Positions 1 through 13,200 of a DNA stretch of 64,000 nt are shown here, piece by piece. The stretch's first letter is position 1, and every line of letters starts with the position of its first letter. A model generated the notes under the pieces. It was not told where the DNA came from. It worked only from the letters and a program-made list of their open reading frames with translations, and ran no database searches. The DNA lies in the NCBI RefSeq assembly GCF_001194135.2, contig NC_068992.1, positions 57,663,161 to 57,727,160 on the forward strand, in the 5' to 3' direction. A program made the position numbers and the translations under genes. This stretch comes from Octopus bimaculoides (lineage: Eukaryota).

Positions 1-70
1 TAGCTGAAGGCCCAAGCTCCATGGAAACGACTGAAGGCCTAAACTCCAAAGAAAGGAGTGAAGGGCTTGA
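1..70 (+). mobile_element. 3' end of an RTE-type LINE relic
   Basis: ctccaaagaaaggagtgaagggct resembles the RTE terminus at 12860-12885 (CSKRSEG). Confidence 0.35.
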
Positions 71-97
71 CTCTAGAACAGTGTTTCTGAACCATTC

Positions 98-315
98 CTT
101 GCCTGTATTTATTTTGAGATGCTCTGTTTCTTTCAATTAATTTTAAATATAACAAAGTATTTAGTAAAATAACTTAGTCATCATTCAGCTAGTGTTAGGA
201 ACATAAATAGTGACTAAGGTTTGGTAGAAGATTTTAATTCAAAACTTGTGAAAACAAGACATTTGTACTACAGAGCCAGAGGCGGTTTCAGCCGGGTTGG
301 TATCGAAAGGGTTAA
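98..315. mobile_element. piggyBac-like MITE (right end ...gaaagggTTAA), preceded by a hAT-like TIR cagtgtttctgaacc (79-93) after ctctagaa
   Basis: Terminal AAGGG-TTAA at 307-315; the nTCTAGAn 8-mer at 71-78 is the hAT-Charlie target preference. Confidence 0.5.
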
Positions 316-409
316 ATGGTTCTAGTATGTACTGAAGAATGACACTGTACAGTATTATACTACGTAGTATACTGTAGAACAGATTTCCAAAGCTTCTACA
401 AAGCATATA

Positions 410-412
<3 letters not shown>

Positions 413-454
<42 letters not shown>
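413..454. repeat. (GT)n microsatellite, representative of dozens of di/tri/tetranucleotide tracts (e.g. (AAT)n 1354-1407, (TAG)n 4226-4267 and 34586-34636, (GT)n 63196-63271)
   Basis: Seen directly. Confidence 0.99.
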
Positions 455-457
<3 letters not shown>

Positions 458-1001
458 CACCAACGAAAGGTTTTCAAAGCTTCTACAAAGCATCAAATGT
501 TAAACTGAGAGAATCAAAGATGAGGAACAAAGAGGAAAATAAACAAAAAAATGAAGAAGCAAACAAACAAATAAATGGAAAACAAAAGAACAATGCAATG
601 CCATTCATTAGCCAACGCTGAAAATGCTTTGATAATATGTTTGAACAACGGTAAACGGTAAATGTGTTTTATGCTTCGAGTTATTACTGAATACATAAGG
701 AATTCAACATTTAACATTATGAATTTAACATTAACCATAATAATATTCTTACGAGGGTTTTTTTTTTAATATTTTTTGCTTTATTTTACAAATATTTTGT
801 TTTTTTTGTTTCAACTTCAATAACAAGAAGGAAAAAAATAAATAAACAACAACAAATCATTGATTACTATTAATGAGATTTGAACAAAATAATTTACCAA
901 ACTCAAAACTACAACAAAACAAATAAGAATAACAGAGATAACGTCACTGTATATGGATACGTGTGTGTGTGTACATGTATATATAAATGTGTATATATAT
1001 A

Positions 1002-1033
<32 letters not shown>

Positions 1034-1353
1034 CATATATATATGAACATATATATACATATTTGTATGTATATGTGTGTGTATATATATATATATATAT
1101 ATTATATACATACACACACATGCACACATACATATTAATGTGTCCCTGTGTTTCCATATATACATGTATGTATATGTTTACATACGCACACAACAGCAAA
1201 GACACAAAACAAGAGATACAACCAGGAAAGAACAACAACAACAAGGAAATAAAAAAAAAATGTCAGAAAAAAAAAACCCAAAAAAAACCCCACTCTAGAT
1301 GATATTTCTGAGCAGGAAAATGTTTGAAATTTCTACTTTTACTTCGTTATAGC

Positions 1354-1410
<57 letters not shown>

Positions 1411-2569
1411 CGGAATTTACACAAGAATTAAATACCATAAAATATAAAAGACCCTTTGTTATTACAGCAAAGAGAAGAGAAAAGAGATCATTGTTAAAGT
1501 TTTTTAAAAATCTATAATCTAGAAATTGATGCAATGTGACTTAAGTGAAGAGCAGTGGTTGTGGGTGTTGGTGGTGGTGGTAATAGGGCTGGGAGGAAAG
1601 AACGGAGGATGGGGTAGGCAAGAGGTGAAATTTTGGCAATAATGCAACCACCAATCAGTGAATGAAATATCCAGTGAAAGCAGAGCTCTACAGTTTGCTA
1701 TGTTTTGTTTTGCTTTTATTATTATTATTATTATTGTTTTTTTTTTTCTTGCTGGTGAATAAAAGAAAAAAAATCAAGCTATATGTGCATGTACACACAC
1801 ACACATTCATTCATTCATACATTCATTCATTCATACTGGTAAGTGCCAACACACGAAACTATCAGTCCATGAGTCACTCTGTAAGTTCTGCCAAGTTAAT
1901 AAAGCAAATACACATTCATATTTTGAATTCTATCTCCCTGTTTGCATCACCAAACACACACACACACACACACATTGATGATGTGTATATATGAAGATAT
2001 ATTTGAGTTTTTTTACACATATAAACATACATGAGGATGTGCGTATGTGAGTCTATAAACACGTGTGTGCGAGTATGTGCACTATATAATCATATAAAGT
2101 TTTGTGTGTGTGTGTGTGTGTGTATGTATATATATATGTGTGTGTGTGTGTGTATGTATATATGTAAGTATGTATATATGTAAGTATGTATCTATGTATG
2201 TATGTATGTATGTATGTATGTATCTCCACACACACACACACACACACAGAAAGCAATTATGAAAATTGTGAAAAATCAATTAGCAGCAAAATATTGACTA
2301 CTATTTCCATTTAATTGAATGTAACAAACACACAAATATATATACATACATACATACATATATATGTATACATACATATAAATGATTTGAATAACACCTG
2401 CGTTAGACTCCATTTCTTAACTTATACATACACACACACACAAATACACATGTAAGCACACACATACCTATATGCAAGATATAAATAGGATTATAAAGAA
2501 TGTAAAAGAAAAGCTGAAATCTATGAAAATACTTAATCCCTGCAGACACATAAATATCTATCTATCTAC

Positions 2570-2648
<79 letters not shown>

Positions 2649-3599
2649 NNNNNNNNNNNNNNNNNNNNNNNNNNNNNNNNNNNNNNNNNNNNNNNNNNNN
2701 NNNNNNNNNNNNNNNNNNNNNNNNNNNNNNNNNNNNNNNNNNNNNNNNNNNNNNNNNNNNNNNNNNNNNNNNNNNNNNNNNNNNNNNNNNNNNNNNNNNN
2801 NNNNNNNNNNNNNNNNNNNNNNNNNNNNNNNNNNNNNNNNNNNNNNNNNNNNNNAAAAAAAAAAAAATTGGTGGTGTCGATCAAAAGGGATCGTAGGAAG
2901 GGAAAAAGGGGCAGTTCGATCAAAAGGGTTCGAAAAAAAAAGAAAAGGAAAGGCCGATCAATAGGGATCGTGTATCACACAGTAATGTTCTCGTAGATAG
3001 ATAGATAGATAAACCAGTCTGTGATGCGAAGAAGAATGAGGACCACTGGGTTTAATTCCTGGAACAGGTGAAGCATTGCATCTGTGAGCAAAGCATTTAA
3101 TCAAATGCTGCTCTAGCCAACTCACCTGGAAAGGAAAACATACTTAATGCTGGTGTGCAGCCCTCCCACACTCCAGCTTTCAAAGCCTTGATGTTCTACA
3201 GAGTTGGGAGTGAGGGCAGGGAAGCTGAGAGAAAAGGGGAGCCTGTCCCTGCTCATGACACAGACATCCTTTCATGACTTCGCACTCTTGGGACACACCT
3301 AAAACAATTAGTAAGAAAACATGATACATGCCACCAAATCACACTCACTTGTGAATGACAGCTGTACAGTTTCTTTTGCACTTTTTTTTTATTTAAATAG
3401 AATGGAAGGCAGTACCCAGTGCCTCTAATGACCTTTCAAATTTAGGGTGGGGAGAGAAAAGAAAGGAAAAAAAAAACAATGCAAGGTTCATTGCTGTAGG
3501 AAGCAGCATAACAAAAGATATTGATTTATTCAAGCGAGAAATGTGATCTTCATGGTCACAACAGGGTGGATTCCACTAAAGGTAACCGATGTACCAAAT

Positions 3600-3845
3600 G
3601 ACATTATTAAATTGAACTTGCACAGATTAAATTAAATCTGGAGCAATACAGCTGTCTTATTAGCTGCCCACACATACCGCCATGCTTAGTCCATCCCTGC
3701 CCTGAATGCCAGCCTTCCGGAATCTCTTTCCTGCAGGAGTCAGCTTGCGACAGTCTAAATAGAACATTAAATGACATCAATATCACCGGTCTCGGAGAGA
3801 TTGTGAAGAACATAAGGATAGCCCCCACCTCTGAAGACAGCAAGT
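3600..3845 (+). mobile_element. Degenerate 3' fragment of a Hero/NeSL-like (restriction-like endonuclease) non-LTR retrotransposon
   Basis: With frameshifts reads C-Q-P...C-R-(S)...ACDSLNRTLNDINITGLGEIVKNI, resembling the Hero C-terminal C.P.EVGCRGFA..SL.R.L..LGI.G pattern from memory. Confidence 0.4.
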
Positions 3846-4007
3846 AAAAAAGAACAACAATAATAGTTTTTTTCTACTATAGGCACAAAGTCTTAATTTT
3901 GATGGGTAGGGGTTGGCTGATAAGATGAAAGGCAAAGTCGACCCTAGCAGAATTTGAACTCAGAATGTCAAGACAGACAAAATACTTCTAAGAATAATAA
4001 TAATAAT

Positions 4008-4218
4008 CTTTTCTAGTGTAGGCACAAGGTCTGAAATTTGGGTGAGAAATAGTCAATTACATCGACCCCAGTGCTTGATTGGTACTTAATTTATCAATCC
4101 CAAACGGATGAAAGGCAAAGTCAACCTCGGCAGAATTTGAACTCAGAACGTAGTGGCAGACGATATACTGCAAAGCATTTCGTCCAGCGTGTTAAAGATT
4201 CTGCCAGCTCGCCACCTT
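4008..4218 (-). mobile_element. tRNA-derived SINE family C, near full length (head ggcgagctggcag..., B-box gagttcaaattc, core tttgcctttcatcc, (ATT)n tail)
   Basis: Pol III A/B-box-like head; many copies in the window (3870-3990, 16575-16700, 26900-27030, 31104-31170, 43940-44247, 46955-47165, 47470-47615, 48835-49035, 53822-54050, 54778-54915). Confidence 0.85.
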
Positions 4219-4226
4219 AATTATGA

Positions 4227-4267
<41 letters not shown>

Positions 4268-5088
4268 NNNNNNNNNNNNNNNNNNNNNNNNNNNNNNNNN
4301 NNNNNNNNNNNNNNNNNNNNNNNNNNNNNNNNNNNNNNNNNNNNNNNNNNNNNNNNNNNNNNNNNNNNNNNNNNNNNNNNNNNNNNNNNNNNNNNNNNNN
4401 NNNNNNNNNNNNNNNNNNNNNNNNNNNNNNNNNNNNNNNNNNNNNNNNNNNNNNNNNNNNNNNNNNNNNNNNNNNNNNNNNNNNNNNNNNNNNNNNNNNN
4501 NNNNNNNNNNNNNNNNNNNNNNNNNNNNNNNNNNNNNNNNNNNNNNNNNNNNNNNNNNNNNNNNNNNNNNNNNNNNNNNNNNNNNNNNNNNNNNNNNNNN
4601 NNNNNNNNNNNNNNNNNNNNNNNNNNNNNNNNNNNNNNNNNNNNNNNNNNNNNNNNNNNNNNNNNNNNNNNNNNNNNNNNNNNNNNNNNNNNNNNNNNNN
4701 NNNNNNNNNNNNNNNNNNNNNNNNNNNNNNNNNNNNNNNNNNNNNNNNNNNNNNNNNNNNNNNNNNNNNNNNNNNNNNNNNNNNNNNNNNNNNNNNNNNN
4801 NNNNNNNNNNNNNNNNNNNNNNNNNNNNNNNNNNNNNNNNNNNNNNNNNNNNNNNNNNNNNNNNNNNNNNNNNNNNNNNNNNNNNNNNNNNNNNNNNNNN
4901 NNNNNNNNNNNNNNNNNNNNNNNNNNNNNNNNNNNNNNNNNNNNNNNNNNNNNNNNNNNNNNNNNNNNNNNNNNNNNNNNNNNNNNNNNNNNNNNNNNNN
5001 NNNNNNNNNNNNNNNNNNNNNNNNNNNNNNNNNNNNNNNNNNNNNNNNNNNNNNNNNNNNNNNNNNNNNNNNNNNNNNNNNNNNNNNN

Positions 5089-5210
5089 AGGGAGGAAGAG
5101 AGAGAAAGGGAGGAAGAGAGAGAAAGGGAGGAAGAGAGAGAAAGGGAGGAAGAGAGAGAAAGGGAGGAAGAGAGAGAAAGGGAGGAAGAGAGAGAAAGGG
5201 AGGAAGAGAG
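5089..5210. repeat. 18-bp polypurine minisatellite (gaggaagagagagaaagg)n, running into a gap
   Basis: Seen directly; source of the spurious GRKREK and REEERE ORFs. Confidence 0.95.
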
Positions 5211-5872
5211 ATAATGTGGGAGAGCAGTGTGTGTATGGGAGTCTGAGTGAGAGAAAGGGATTGTGTGTGTGTGTGTGTGTGATAATGAGAGGAGAATGTT
5301 TGTGAGTGCTAGAGAGTGTGTGTAGGAGAGAAAGAGCATGTGTGCGTGTGTAAGAAAGTGTGTGTGTGAGAGAGAGAAGGAAAGAGAGAGTGTGTGTATG
5401 AATGAAAGATTGAATTAGTGTGTGTGTGTGTGTGTGTGTGAGTGTGTGTGAATGAAAGATTGTGTGTGTGTGTGTGTGTGTTTGCATGTAAGTCTTAAGT
5501 GTCTGCATGTGTGCGAGTGAAAGTGTGATTTTATGTATGCATGACTGAGTGAGGTGAGATAGAAATGAAAGTGTGTGTGTGTGTGTGCACAAGTACACAC
5601 ATGAGTATGTTAAAGAGAGAGAGAGAGAGAGAGGTGCGTGGAGAGACAGATATGATGAGATAGGGGGAAGGAGAGTGGGGGGGGGGAAGTGTATATCCTA
5701 ATATCACCACAGATACAAAGAAAGAAGATAGTCGTAATGATATCAGGTGTATTTATTTTTAACATTGCACTTAATTCCACTCATATTTATTTATTTATTT
5801 ATATGTTTAATTTACTTATTTATTTATTTACTTGTAGGATTTTGATTCAGCACATAATCAATTAATATATAA

Positions 5873-6097
5873 CATCATCATTGTCGTCGTCGTTTAACGT
5901 CCGCTTTACATGCTAGCATGGGTTGGACGATTTGACTGAGGACTGGTGAACCAGATGGCTACGCCAGGCTCCTATCTGATTTGGCAGAGTTTCTACAGCT
6001 GGATGCCCTTCCTAATGCCAACCACTCCAAGAGTGTAGTGGGTGCTTTTACGTGCCACCGGCACGAAGGCCAGTCAGGCGGTACTGGCAACGGCCAT
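5873..6097 (-). mobile_element. SINE family B 3' part with (GAT)n tail
   Basis: Motif ggatgcccttcctaa...ccaaccac recurs at 16390-16520, 23378-23527, 29119-29350, 41955-42235, 45731-45990, 50410-50640, 52101-52440, 55265-55600, 59925-60050, 61862-62015. Confidence 0.8.
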
Positions 6098-6774
6098 NNN
6101 NNNNNNNNNNNNNNNNNNNNNNNNNNNNNNNNNNNNNNNNNNNNNNNNNNNNNNNNNNNNNNNNNNNNNNNNNNNNNNNNNNNNNNNNNNNNNNNNNNNN
6201 ATATATATATATATATATATAGGTAGGGGGATCTGAAAGGAGTCTCAGGGAGTAGCGACCTTGCTTTCCTGAGCTAGTTCTCCACCACATTTCTTAAAAA
6301 TCGTGGTAGAGGCCTTGGCCTCAGGACCACTCATGTCTAGAAACTGAGGTTGGGGGTAAGCAAGGACATGCTCCCCATAGAAAATCCAGCTCCTAAAAGG
6401 CCCCATGATAGCAAAGAAGAATGGGCACCAGCCAGCCCAAAGGTTGGGGTGGTCTGCACCTGCCTGCCTCTGTTGCTATGGTATTGAGGTAGATCCAGCC
6501 ACCCCCATTAACAGGGACAAAACCTGGATTTAAAACACTGGATGATATATATGTATATATATATATATAGACACACAGACAGATAGATATATTATATTTT
6601 CCCCCTCAGTTGTTTACTTCAGTTTCAACTAGTTTAATCTCAACCTGCAAATAATTACTAATCATACATGTCGTTATTAATATTCTCATTAACAACTGCT
6701 AATCACTATTAATGTGGGAGAGAGGGAAAGTGAGAGGAGGGGAATAAGGCTTAACATCGATTACATATATATAT

Positions 6775-7135
6775 ATTCTTTTGCTCTTTCACTTGTTATA
6801 GTCATTAGACTGTAGTCATGCTGGAGCACTGTGTTACAGAATTTTAGTCAAATGGATCAACCCCGGTACTTATTTATGCTGAACTAAGTTACAACGGATG
6901 TAAATACACCAACACCGGTTGTCAAGCAGTGGTAGTAAAGACACAAAGACACACACACACACACACATATACAATGGGCTTCTTTCAGTTTCCTTCTACC
7001 AAATCTACTCAGTAGGCTTTGGTCAGCCTAAGGCTATAATAGAAGACACCTGCCGAAGGTGCAACACAGTGGGACTGAACCCAGGACCATGTGGTTGGAA
7101 AGCAAACTTCTTACCACGTAGCCACAAATGTACAG
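6775..7135 (-). mobile_element. SINE family D (head gctgtgtggtaagaagcttgcttcc, internal microsatellite, tail gtgctccagcatggccgcagtcaaatgactgaaacaagtaaaaga)
   Basis: Many copies: 14640-14850, 18170-18435, 23590-24035, 28970-29080, 29380-29475, 29690-29820, 31975-32135, 35285-35800, 37490-37890, 38785-39150, 40938-41310, 48345-48570, 53625-53705, 55732-56050, 59780-59910, 63040-63200, 63632-63790. Confidence 0.85.
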
Positions 7136-7453
7136 GCATCATACTGGCAGACAGGCAGACAGACAGACAAAAGACGGAATGAGAGGAGTTTTTTTTAATT
7201 TTTATGTTGAAATTATTTGTAAGATATTCGTCCCTAAATATCAGAATCACAGAATAGCAGTCATGAAGACAAGCCTCTGTTTCAAATATTTCTCCAAAAC
7301 ACATGCCATAACCTCTCTGCCATAATAATAATAATGATAATGGTTCCAATGTTAGGCACAGGGCAGGCAGTTTTTGTGGAGAAGGTAAGTCAATAACATT
7401 GACCCCCCCAGTGTTCAATTGGTACTTGTTGAGCACTGATACCAGAGTAAATA

Positions 7454-7484
<31 letters not shown>

Positions 7485-7485
<1 letters not shown>

Positions 7486-8045
7486 AAATGCCCTGATGTA
7501 GTACCAGGTAGTGGCTCTCATGGCTTCTGATTTTAACTGATTGGAAGTGTTATCATGTACATTGTTTTGTCTTTGATGGGCAACAGCAAATATCCTGCTC
7601 AATACCACAGATTTGCTTGTCAGTTGCTTGACCGTAACCAGTTGAGCATGTCCCTTGGTGGCTGACGATATGTGCATCTCTGATCACGAGCAGAAGTAGT
7701 GGGGGAGCATCATAGCCATGTGTTGAGAGGAATTCTTTGGGGTTTGGATAATTCACCTTTGGAAACATGGGTGATTCGTTCAACATCCTTAAGCAACCCT
7801 TATTCAGGGACATTTTGAACGGAATGGACTACTCGACCTGAAGAAAATTCTAACTGGGCCCCCACCTGCGAGGTCACGAGCTGTTTATCTTGATATGAGA
7901 TCACCATCACATGCACATATGGTTATGATGCATGTTCCTGGTGTACCCTTATCAGACGGGTAGTCATGATGGGTATACTGGGCTTCGTATATTTTACCCC
8001 AGTGTCACTTTGATGGCATGCACTGCTCTCTCACTCAATAATAAT
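7485..8045. mobile_element. Unclassified ~560-bp interspersed repeat (family E), copy 1
   Basis: Colinear and highly similar to 27115-27655; both are bounded by trinucleotide tracts. Confidence 0.85.
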
Positions 8046-8565
8046 AATAATAGTAATAATAATAAAGTATTACAGAAAAAAATAATAAAAGTGGATAAAC
8101 AATGCAAGAGTATTTTTAATATCAAAAATGACTCCCAACACATCACACATTCTCAGATCAAACTAAGTGCAAACTAGAGAAATTATTAGAAAGTTATAAG
8201 GGGCGAACAAGAAGAAAGAAAAAAATTGAATTGTCAGGTAATTGGTTTAATAAGGGCAATTTTTGCTATTGTTAGAAGCTTGAAGCGAAACTTGAAAAAT
8301 ATTAATTTTTAATTAAGCCATTAATAAGCAATTGATTAGAAAAAGAAAACCTTTAATCAAATCCATGCAATTAGCCCATGCTAGGAAATGAATGAGGATT
8401 CTAACTCATTTGATGAACGATTGAGAGAGAGAGAGAGAGAGAGTATGCACACTGGTGCATAGACACATGAGAAGGAAATATTCAATACAAGGCATACAGA
8501 TATAAAGTTTAATCGAAACTGCACTTCCCTTATCACAACTGAGATGTATATATAAAATATATATT

Positions 8566-9365
8566 GAGAGAGAGGACAGAGAGAGAGGATAGAGAGAGAG
8601 GACAGAGAGAGAGAGAGAGGACAGAGAGAGAGAGAGGACAGAGAGAGAGAGAGGACAGAGAGAGAGGGAGGACAGAGAGGGAGGACAGAGAGAGGACAGA
8701 GAGAGAGGACAGACAGAGAGAGAGGACNNNNNNNNNNNNNNNNNNNNNNNNNNNNNNNNNNNNNNNNNNNNNNNNNNNNNNNNNNNNNNNNNNNNNNNNN
8801 NNNNNNNNNNNNNNNNNNNNNNNNNNNNNNNNNNNNNNNNNNNNNNNNNNNNNNNNNNNNNNNNNNNNNNNNNNNNNNNNNNNNNNNNNNNNNNNNNNNN
8901 NNNNNNNNNNNNNNNNNNNNNNNNNNNNNNNNNNNNNNNNNNNNNNNNNNNNNNNNNNNNNNNNNNNNNNNNNNNNNNNNNNNNNNNNNNNNNNNNNNNN
9001 NNNNNNNNNNNNNNNNNNNNNNNNNNNNNNNNNNNNNNNNNNNNNNNNNNNNNNNNNNNNNNNNNNNNNNNNNNNNNNNNNNNNNNNNNNNNNNNNNNNN
9101 NNNNNNNNNNNNNNNNNNNNNNNNNNNNNNNNNNNNNNNNNNNNNNNNGAGGACAGACAGAGAGAGAGGACAGACAGAGAGAGAGGACAGACAGAGAGAG
9201 AGGACAGACACAGAGAGAGAGAGGACAGACACAAAGAGAGAGAGGACAGACACAGAGAGAGGACAGACAGAGAGAGAGGACAGACACAGAGAGAGGACAG
9301 ACACAGAGAGAGGACAGACAGAGAGAGAGGACAGACAGAGAGAGAGGACAGACAGAGAGAGACAA
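8566..9365. repeat. Purine-rich minisatellite of gagagaggaca(ga) units spanning a gap
   Basis: Seen directly; source of the spurious SLCLSSL and EREDR ORFs. Confidence 0.95.
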
Positions 9366-12300
9366 AGAGAGTGTGTATGTGTAATATGTGTTGTTCTTCT
9401 AAGCCAGTCCCAAACTGGTTCCAAACTGGTCCCAAGCGTTGTTGAGAAAGGAGAATGGTAAGCACAGGGGTTAGAAGCCCTGCACTCTCAATACTCTACA
9501 TCGCTACTGAGACACCAAGAGAAACAGATGAAACCAGTCATGATAAAGAGAAGTAATCTTCAAAAAACTGTGCATAAAACTGCATAGTAAAAACTAGAAG
9601 AAGGCCACAATGTTTATGGGAGTCCTTCCCTCACCAAGGACAAGCACACAGCTGGGAACATGGAAAATAAGAATGATGTCTGAAACTGGAAAAGTAGGCC
9701 AGACTGGTGCTGAGAAGATACTCTACAAGCTCACACATACATGCACACACACATACAGAGGCAGAAAGACAGACAGACAGAGGCCTCCATCACGTTTTAG
9801 AAGCACTGCATTCCTGAAAACAGTGTTCCATAATGCAAAACCTATTTACCTATCAGCTTCCATGTAACATGGAAAGTCAGTGAGACATAACTTACCAGCT
9901 TAGAAAGGGCAAAGTCGATATAGCCCACACTAACACACATAAAAGGCAAGATGGTCATGGCTAGATAACCCATGTTTACAGGTCTTCTCAATTAAACATA
10001 AGCTGGAGTTAAACACAAACAACATCCACTGTAAAAGCATCACACACGACTGGCTTCTCTTCTCTTTTCTTTTCTTCATCAAAGATCGCTGTCTGAAGCA
10101 CTGAACATCTTTATTTCTTCATTGCAGTGTAAAATGCATTCCATCGTATTACTAATTGCTCATTACAGCACAAAATTAATTTACATTGTATTAATTCTAA
10201 TTGAGTTTTGCAATACCCTGAAATCCCTAAAACAGCGTTATCTAGTTCATTATAAATATCCTCTCCACAAATAACCAAGTATATACATGTCTCTTGTTAT
10301 ACAAAAGATAAATGCTGGAAATAAAGGTCTTTTTGAAAACTATGAAGACCAAATAAAGAAAAAAGAAAAGTTTTCAAATGTCACTCTGAAGATATTTATG
10401 CCAAATTTCACTAATTCACTTCTTCAGAATCAAGATATTTGTAAATTATTCCCCATGGAAGAGCCACAGCATGAAACATCAGCTCTTTTTCCACTCCTTA
10501 CAGCAATCAAACATGCTCACAAACAGGAAACACTCCAAGATTTACAATTAATGAAATAATAATAATAATAATTAAATGNNNNNNNNNNNNNNNNNNNNNN
10601 NNNNNNNNNNNNNNNNNNNNNNNNNNNNNNNNNNNNNNNNNNNNNNNNNNNNNNNNNNNNNNNNNNNNNNNNNNNNNNNNNNNNNNNNNNNNNNNNNNNN
10701 NNNNNNNNNNNNNNNNNNNNNNNNNNNNNNNNNNNNNNNNNNNNNNNNNNNNNNNNNNNNNNNNNNNNNNNNNNNNNNNNNNNNNNNNNNNNNNNNNNNN
10801 NNNNNNNNNNNNNNNNNNNNNNNNNNNNNNNNNNNNNNNNNNNNNNNNNNNNNNNNNNNNNNNNNNNNNNNNNNNNNNNNNNNNNNNNNNNNNNNNNNNN
10901 NNNNNNNNNNNNNNNNNNNNNNNNNNNNNNNNNNNNNNNNNNNNNNNNNNNNNNNNNNNNNNNNNNNNNNNNNNNNNNNTGCATTCATAGTTATGGATAC
11001 TAAAATCATGGAAAAACATTTTGTATGTAATATATACAAAATTTTCTTTTGAGTTATGATATATGAAAAAGAAGATGTTTAGTCTAATTTATTAGAATTG
11101 CTGTATAAAATACATAAAAAAAAAAACGTTCATCCATCCTGAACCAAACGAAAAGCAAAATTTGAACTGATGCAGGATAAAAGTGTACCTGCTGTAAAAT
11201 CAACTCTCTGGACATTTCACCATGTTTGTCATGATAGAAGTTTGTAATATCAACAGACACGGTAATTATTTCAATAATAAGTTCTAATGCACCCACCCAA
11301 CCCCACCTCAGCAGAACATATTAATCCCAGGGTGTTTGTAAGGATGACTAATACGCGATTGAAAATTAAACAAAGTAAGTTTCAAGGACAGAGACTATGT
11401 GCAATTTCTGTTTTCTTGCACTGGTATAAAAATCAGGAATTTCTAAAAGTAAAGGAGCAGGTGCTCAATATGACCCGCTGTATATGACTGGTATTTAATT
11501 TATGAAATTCCCAGGAGGTTAACAACAAATTCAATCTTGGTAGCAGTTAAACCCAGAATATAAAGGAATGGCACTAAACACTGCTGATCATTTGGTCTGC
11601 CACTCCACCACCTTCGTATACACACACACACACACGCAAATACTCTGATCAGCATAAATCAAATTTTTTTATCTATTTTTAATTTTCATAAATTTCAATA
11701 CATTTAATTAAATCTCAATTACACTTTGGCTTTTGCTTTTTTTATCTTTGATCTTTACTTTGGTAAATTTTTAACCAAAGTTTCTTATATTCATTTTACC
11801 TCGTTAACAAACAAACAGCTGTAATTTCTTTTTTTTTTTTGTTTTTTAACAAGTATGAAATATCCAGATTAAATTCAAGCATATTAGAACAGAGAAAAAG
11901 TGAAAAAAAATCTGCATGTGCAAAGAGCAATTATGACAACAACATCAAAATCAACAATAACAACAACAACAACAACAACAGCAGCAGTGCTTTCACATGC
12001 ATAAATGATACAACAACAACAGCGTGACAACAAACTGGTCAGCCAATGTAGTCTTCTTGAAGCAGAGATGTAATCCATTTGATAACATACCAGAGTACAC
12101 TGGTGGAAAAATTCATACCATTGCTCCTAGGAAAAACCCATGGAAAATACTCCCCCAAACCAAAGATAGCATTTAACACAAGTACAGTTAAAGACTAATA
12201 GAGAATTCTAGTTCTAATCGATGACTGTCTTCTCTAAACATATGACATGATGGTCATGTTAAAATTTGTCAGAAGTTGTGTGTAGTTGTCAATTAAATTG

Positions 12301-12599
12301 TCCCACATATATCACTGGTATTAAATTATAAAACTCATTTGATCAAGTTCTAATGAATTAATGGTAGAGTCTACTGTGGTAGATATAATCTAATGTCAGT
12401 GGAACAATCAAAATACTTTCAAGTCTCACACTTGACACTGAGCCCTCTCTGCTCCTTGATCGATTCCCTTCACGTTTCCTTACAAACATTAACTAACCAC
12501 CAAACAGTTAGTAAACTGGTTTATTGGCCTGTTATGTCTATGCTCCACCACAAGAACCAATCCTAGTTACAGTATGGTGGATTATAGTGCCTCAATGGC

Positions 12600-12888
12600 C
12601 CAGAGAGCTATTCCAGTGGAGTGCAAGATCTTGGTAAGGTCTCCCATACTGGACAGGTCAGAGGATAGAGGCTGGACTGATATAGACCACCTCTTCCCAA
12701 AGGTAAAAATAGGCTTTTATAGGGTCAATATCCTTACCTACAAAAAAGGTAAAGTTAGTGAAGGATCAAGTACAATTCAAAAATCAACAAGGGTCAGAGA
12801 GAGGAAGCAGAAAAGACAACCCAGAGTTAAGAATAGTAGAGAAAGGTTGTTGATGGTTTATGCTCCAAGAGGAGCGAAGGGCTAAAGC
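12600..12888 (+). mobile_element. Internally deleted (bipartite) RTE-type retroposon, copy 1
   Basis: 5' block ctcccatactggacaggtcagaggatagagg is shared with 28020-28200 and 53195-53345; the 3' block translates to ...VVDGLCSKRSEGLK, a typical RTE ORF end. Confidence 0.6.
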
Positions 12889-13059
12889 AAGTAAATATGT
12901 CTGTGCTAGAAAGAAGAAATAATCAAGCTCTTCAAGAATATACATACCAGAACCGTTTTCAACATTACAGAGAGAAAAGGGATAGCAGGCATGGCTGATG
13001 GTGGGCATGGCTACTCCCAGTCAAGATGGGCTGTAGAGGAAACCCAACTGAGTCAGTAT

Positions 13060-13200
13060 GGAGAAAGCTCATAGCCATTCAAAGAACAGGAAGAGAGAGA
13101 AAGACAGGTGGCTGCAGGATGAGTGGGTGGAACAGCAGAAAAAAGGTCTCTTGGAGCAAGAAAGAGAAACTAGGCTGGAAGCCAGAAGATGGCTAGCAAT
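13060..13200 (+). mobile_element. Possible RTE LINE 3' fragment
   Basis: ORF KNRKREKDRWLQDEWVEQQKKGLL...EARRW loosely matches the RTE C-terminal KRKRGRP..RW...W pattern. Confidence 0.3.

Noticed and set aside
7930-7970. Family E minus-strand ctgataagggtacaccaggaacatgcatc as a hammerhead
   Set aside because: Lacks G8 and GAAA; the other copies read aggcac/aggcgc, so the core is not conserved.
11084-11296. 70-aa minus-strand ORF ending near cag|gtacac
   Set aside because: No myosin motifs (DIFGFE or NEQL expected next) and no good acceptor.
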